Of a stretch of 64,000 nt of DNA, positions 63,864-64,000 are shown one piece after another (position 1 is the stretch's first letter; each line of letters opens with the position of its first letter). A program made the position numbers and the translations under genes. Below the pieces are notes generated by a model. The model made no database searches, had not been told where the DNA came from, and saw nothing but the letters and a program-made list of their open reading frames with translations. Source of the DNA: Octopus sinensis (Eukaryota); assembly GCF_006345805.1 (NCBI RefSeq), contig NC_043000.1, forward strand, positions 155,248,001 to 155,312,000, written 5' to 3'.

Positions 63864-64000
63864 ATACTTGTTTCAGTCATTTGACTGCGGCCATGCTGCA
63901 GCACCGCCTTTAGTCGAGCAAATCGACCCCGGGACTTATTCTTTTGTAAGCCTAGTACTTATTCTATCGGTCTCTTTTTGCCGAACCGCTAAGTGACGGG
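63864..64000 (-). mobile_element. SINE family B tail, cut by window edge
   Basis: TTTCAGTCATTTGACTGCGGCCATGCTG. Confidence 0.9.

Overview
AT-rich, repeat-saturated animal genomic DNA with no convincing host protein-coding gene, rRNA, functional tRNA or CRISPR array. The mix of tRNA-derived SINEs and very dense di-, tri- and tetranucleotide microsatellites resembles cephalopod (Octopus-like) intronic or intergenic DNA; this is recognition, not proof. Nearly all long ORFs in the track are microsatellite read-through. Contents: four SINE families (labelled A-D here, about 30 copies); a cluster of 5'-truncated R4/Dong-type RLE non-LTR retrotransposon pieces, mostly in (TAA)n; CR1- and RTE-like LINE relics; three hAT MITEs, one mariner-type MITE, one piggyBac-type MITE and two non-autonomous Helitrons; plus local tandem and inverted duplications. 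The most notable signal is a set of type-I hammerhead ribozyme folds from three unrelated repeat families. They lie in a perfect 134-bp inverted repeat (7.6-8.0 kb), in tandem ~210-bp direct repeats (15.5-16.4 kb) and in an 86-bp direct repeat (27.8/29.5 kb), as expected for Penelope-like or retrozyme-type elements. All folds were done by eye and are untested.
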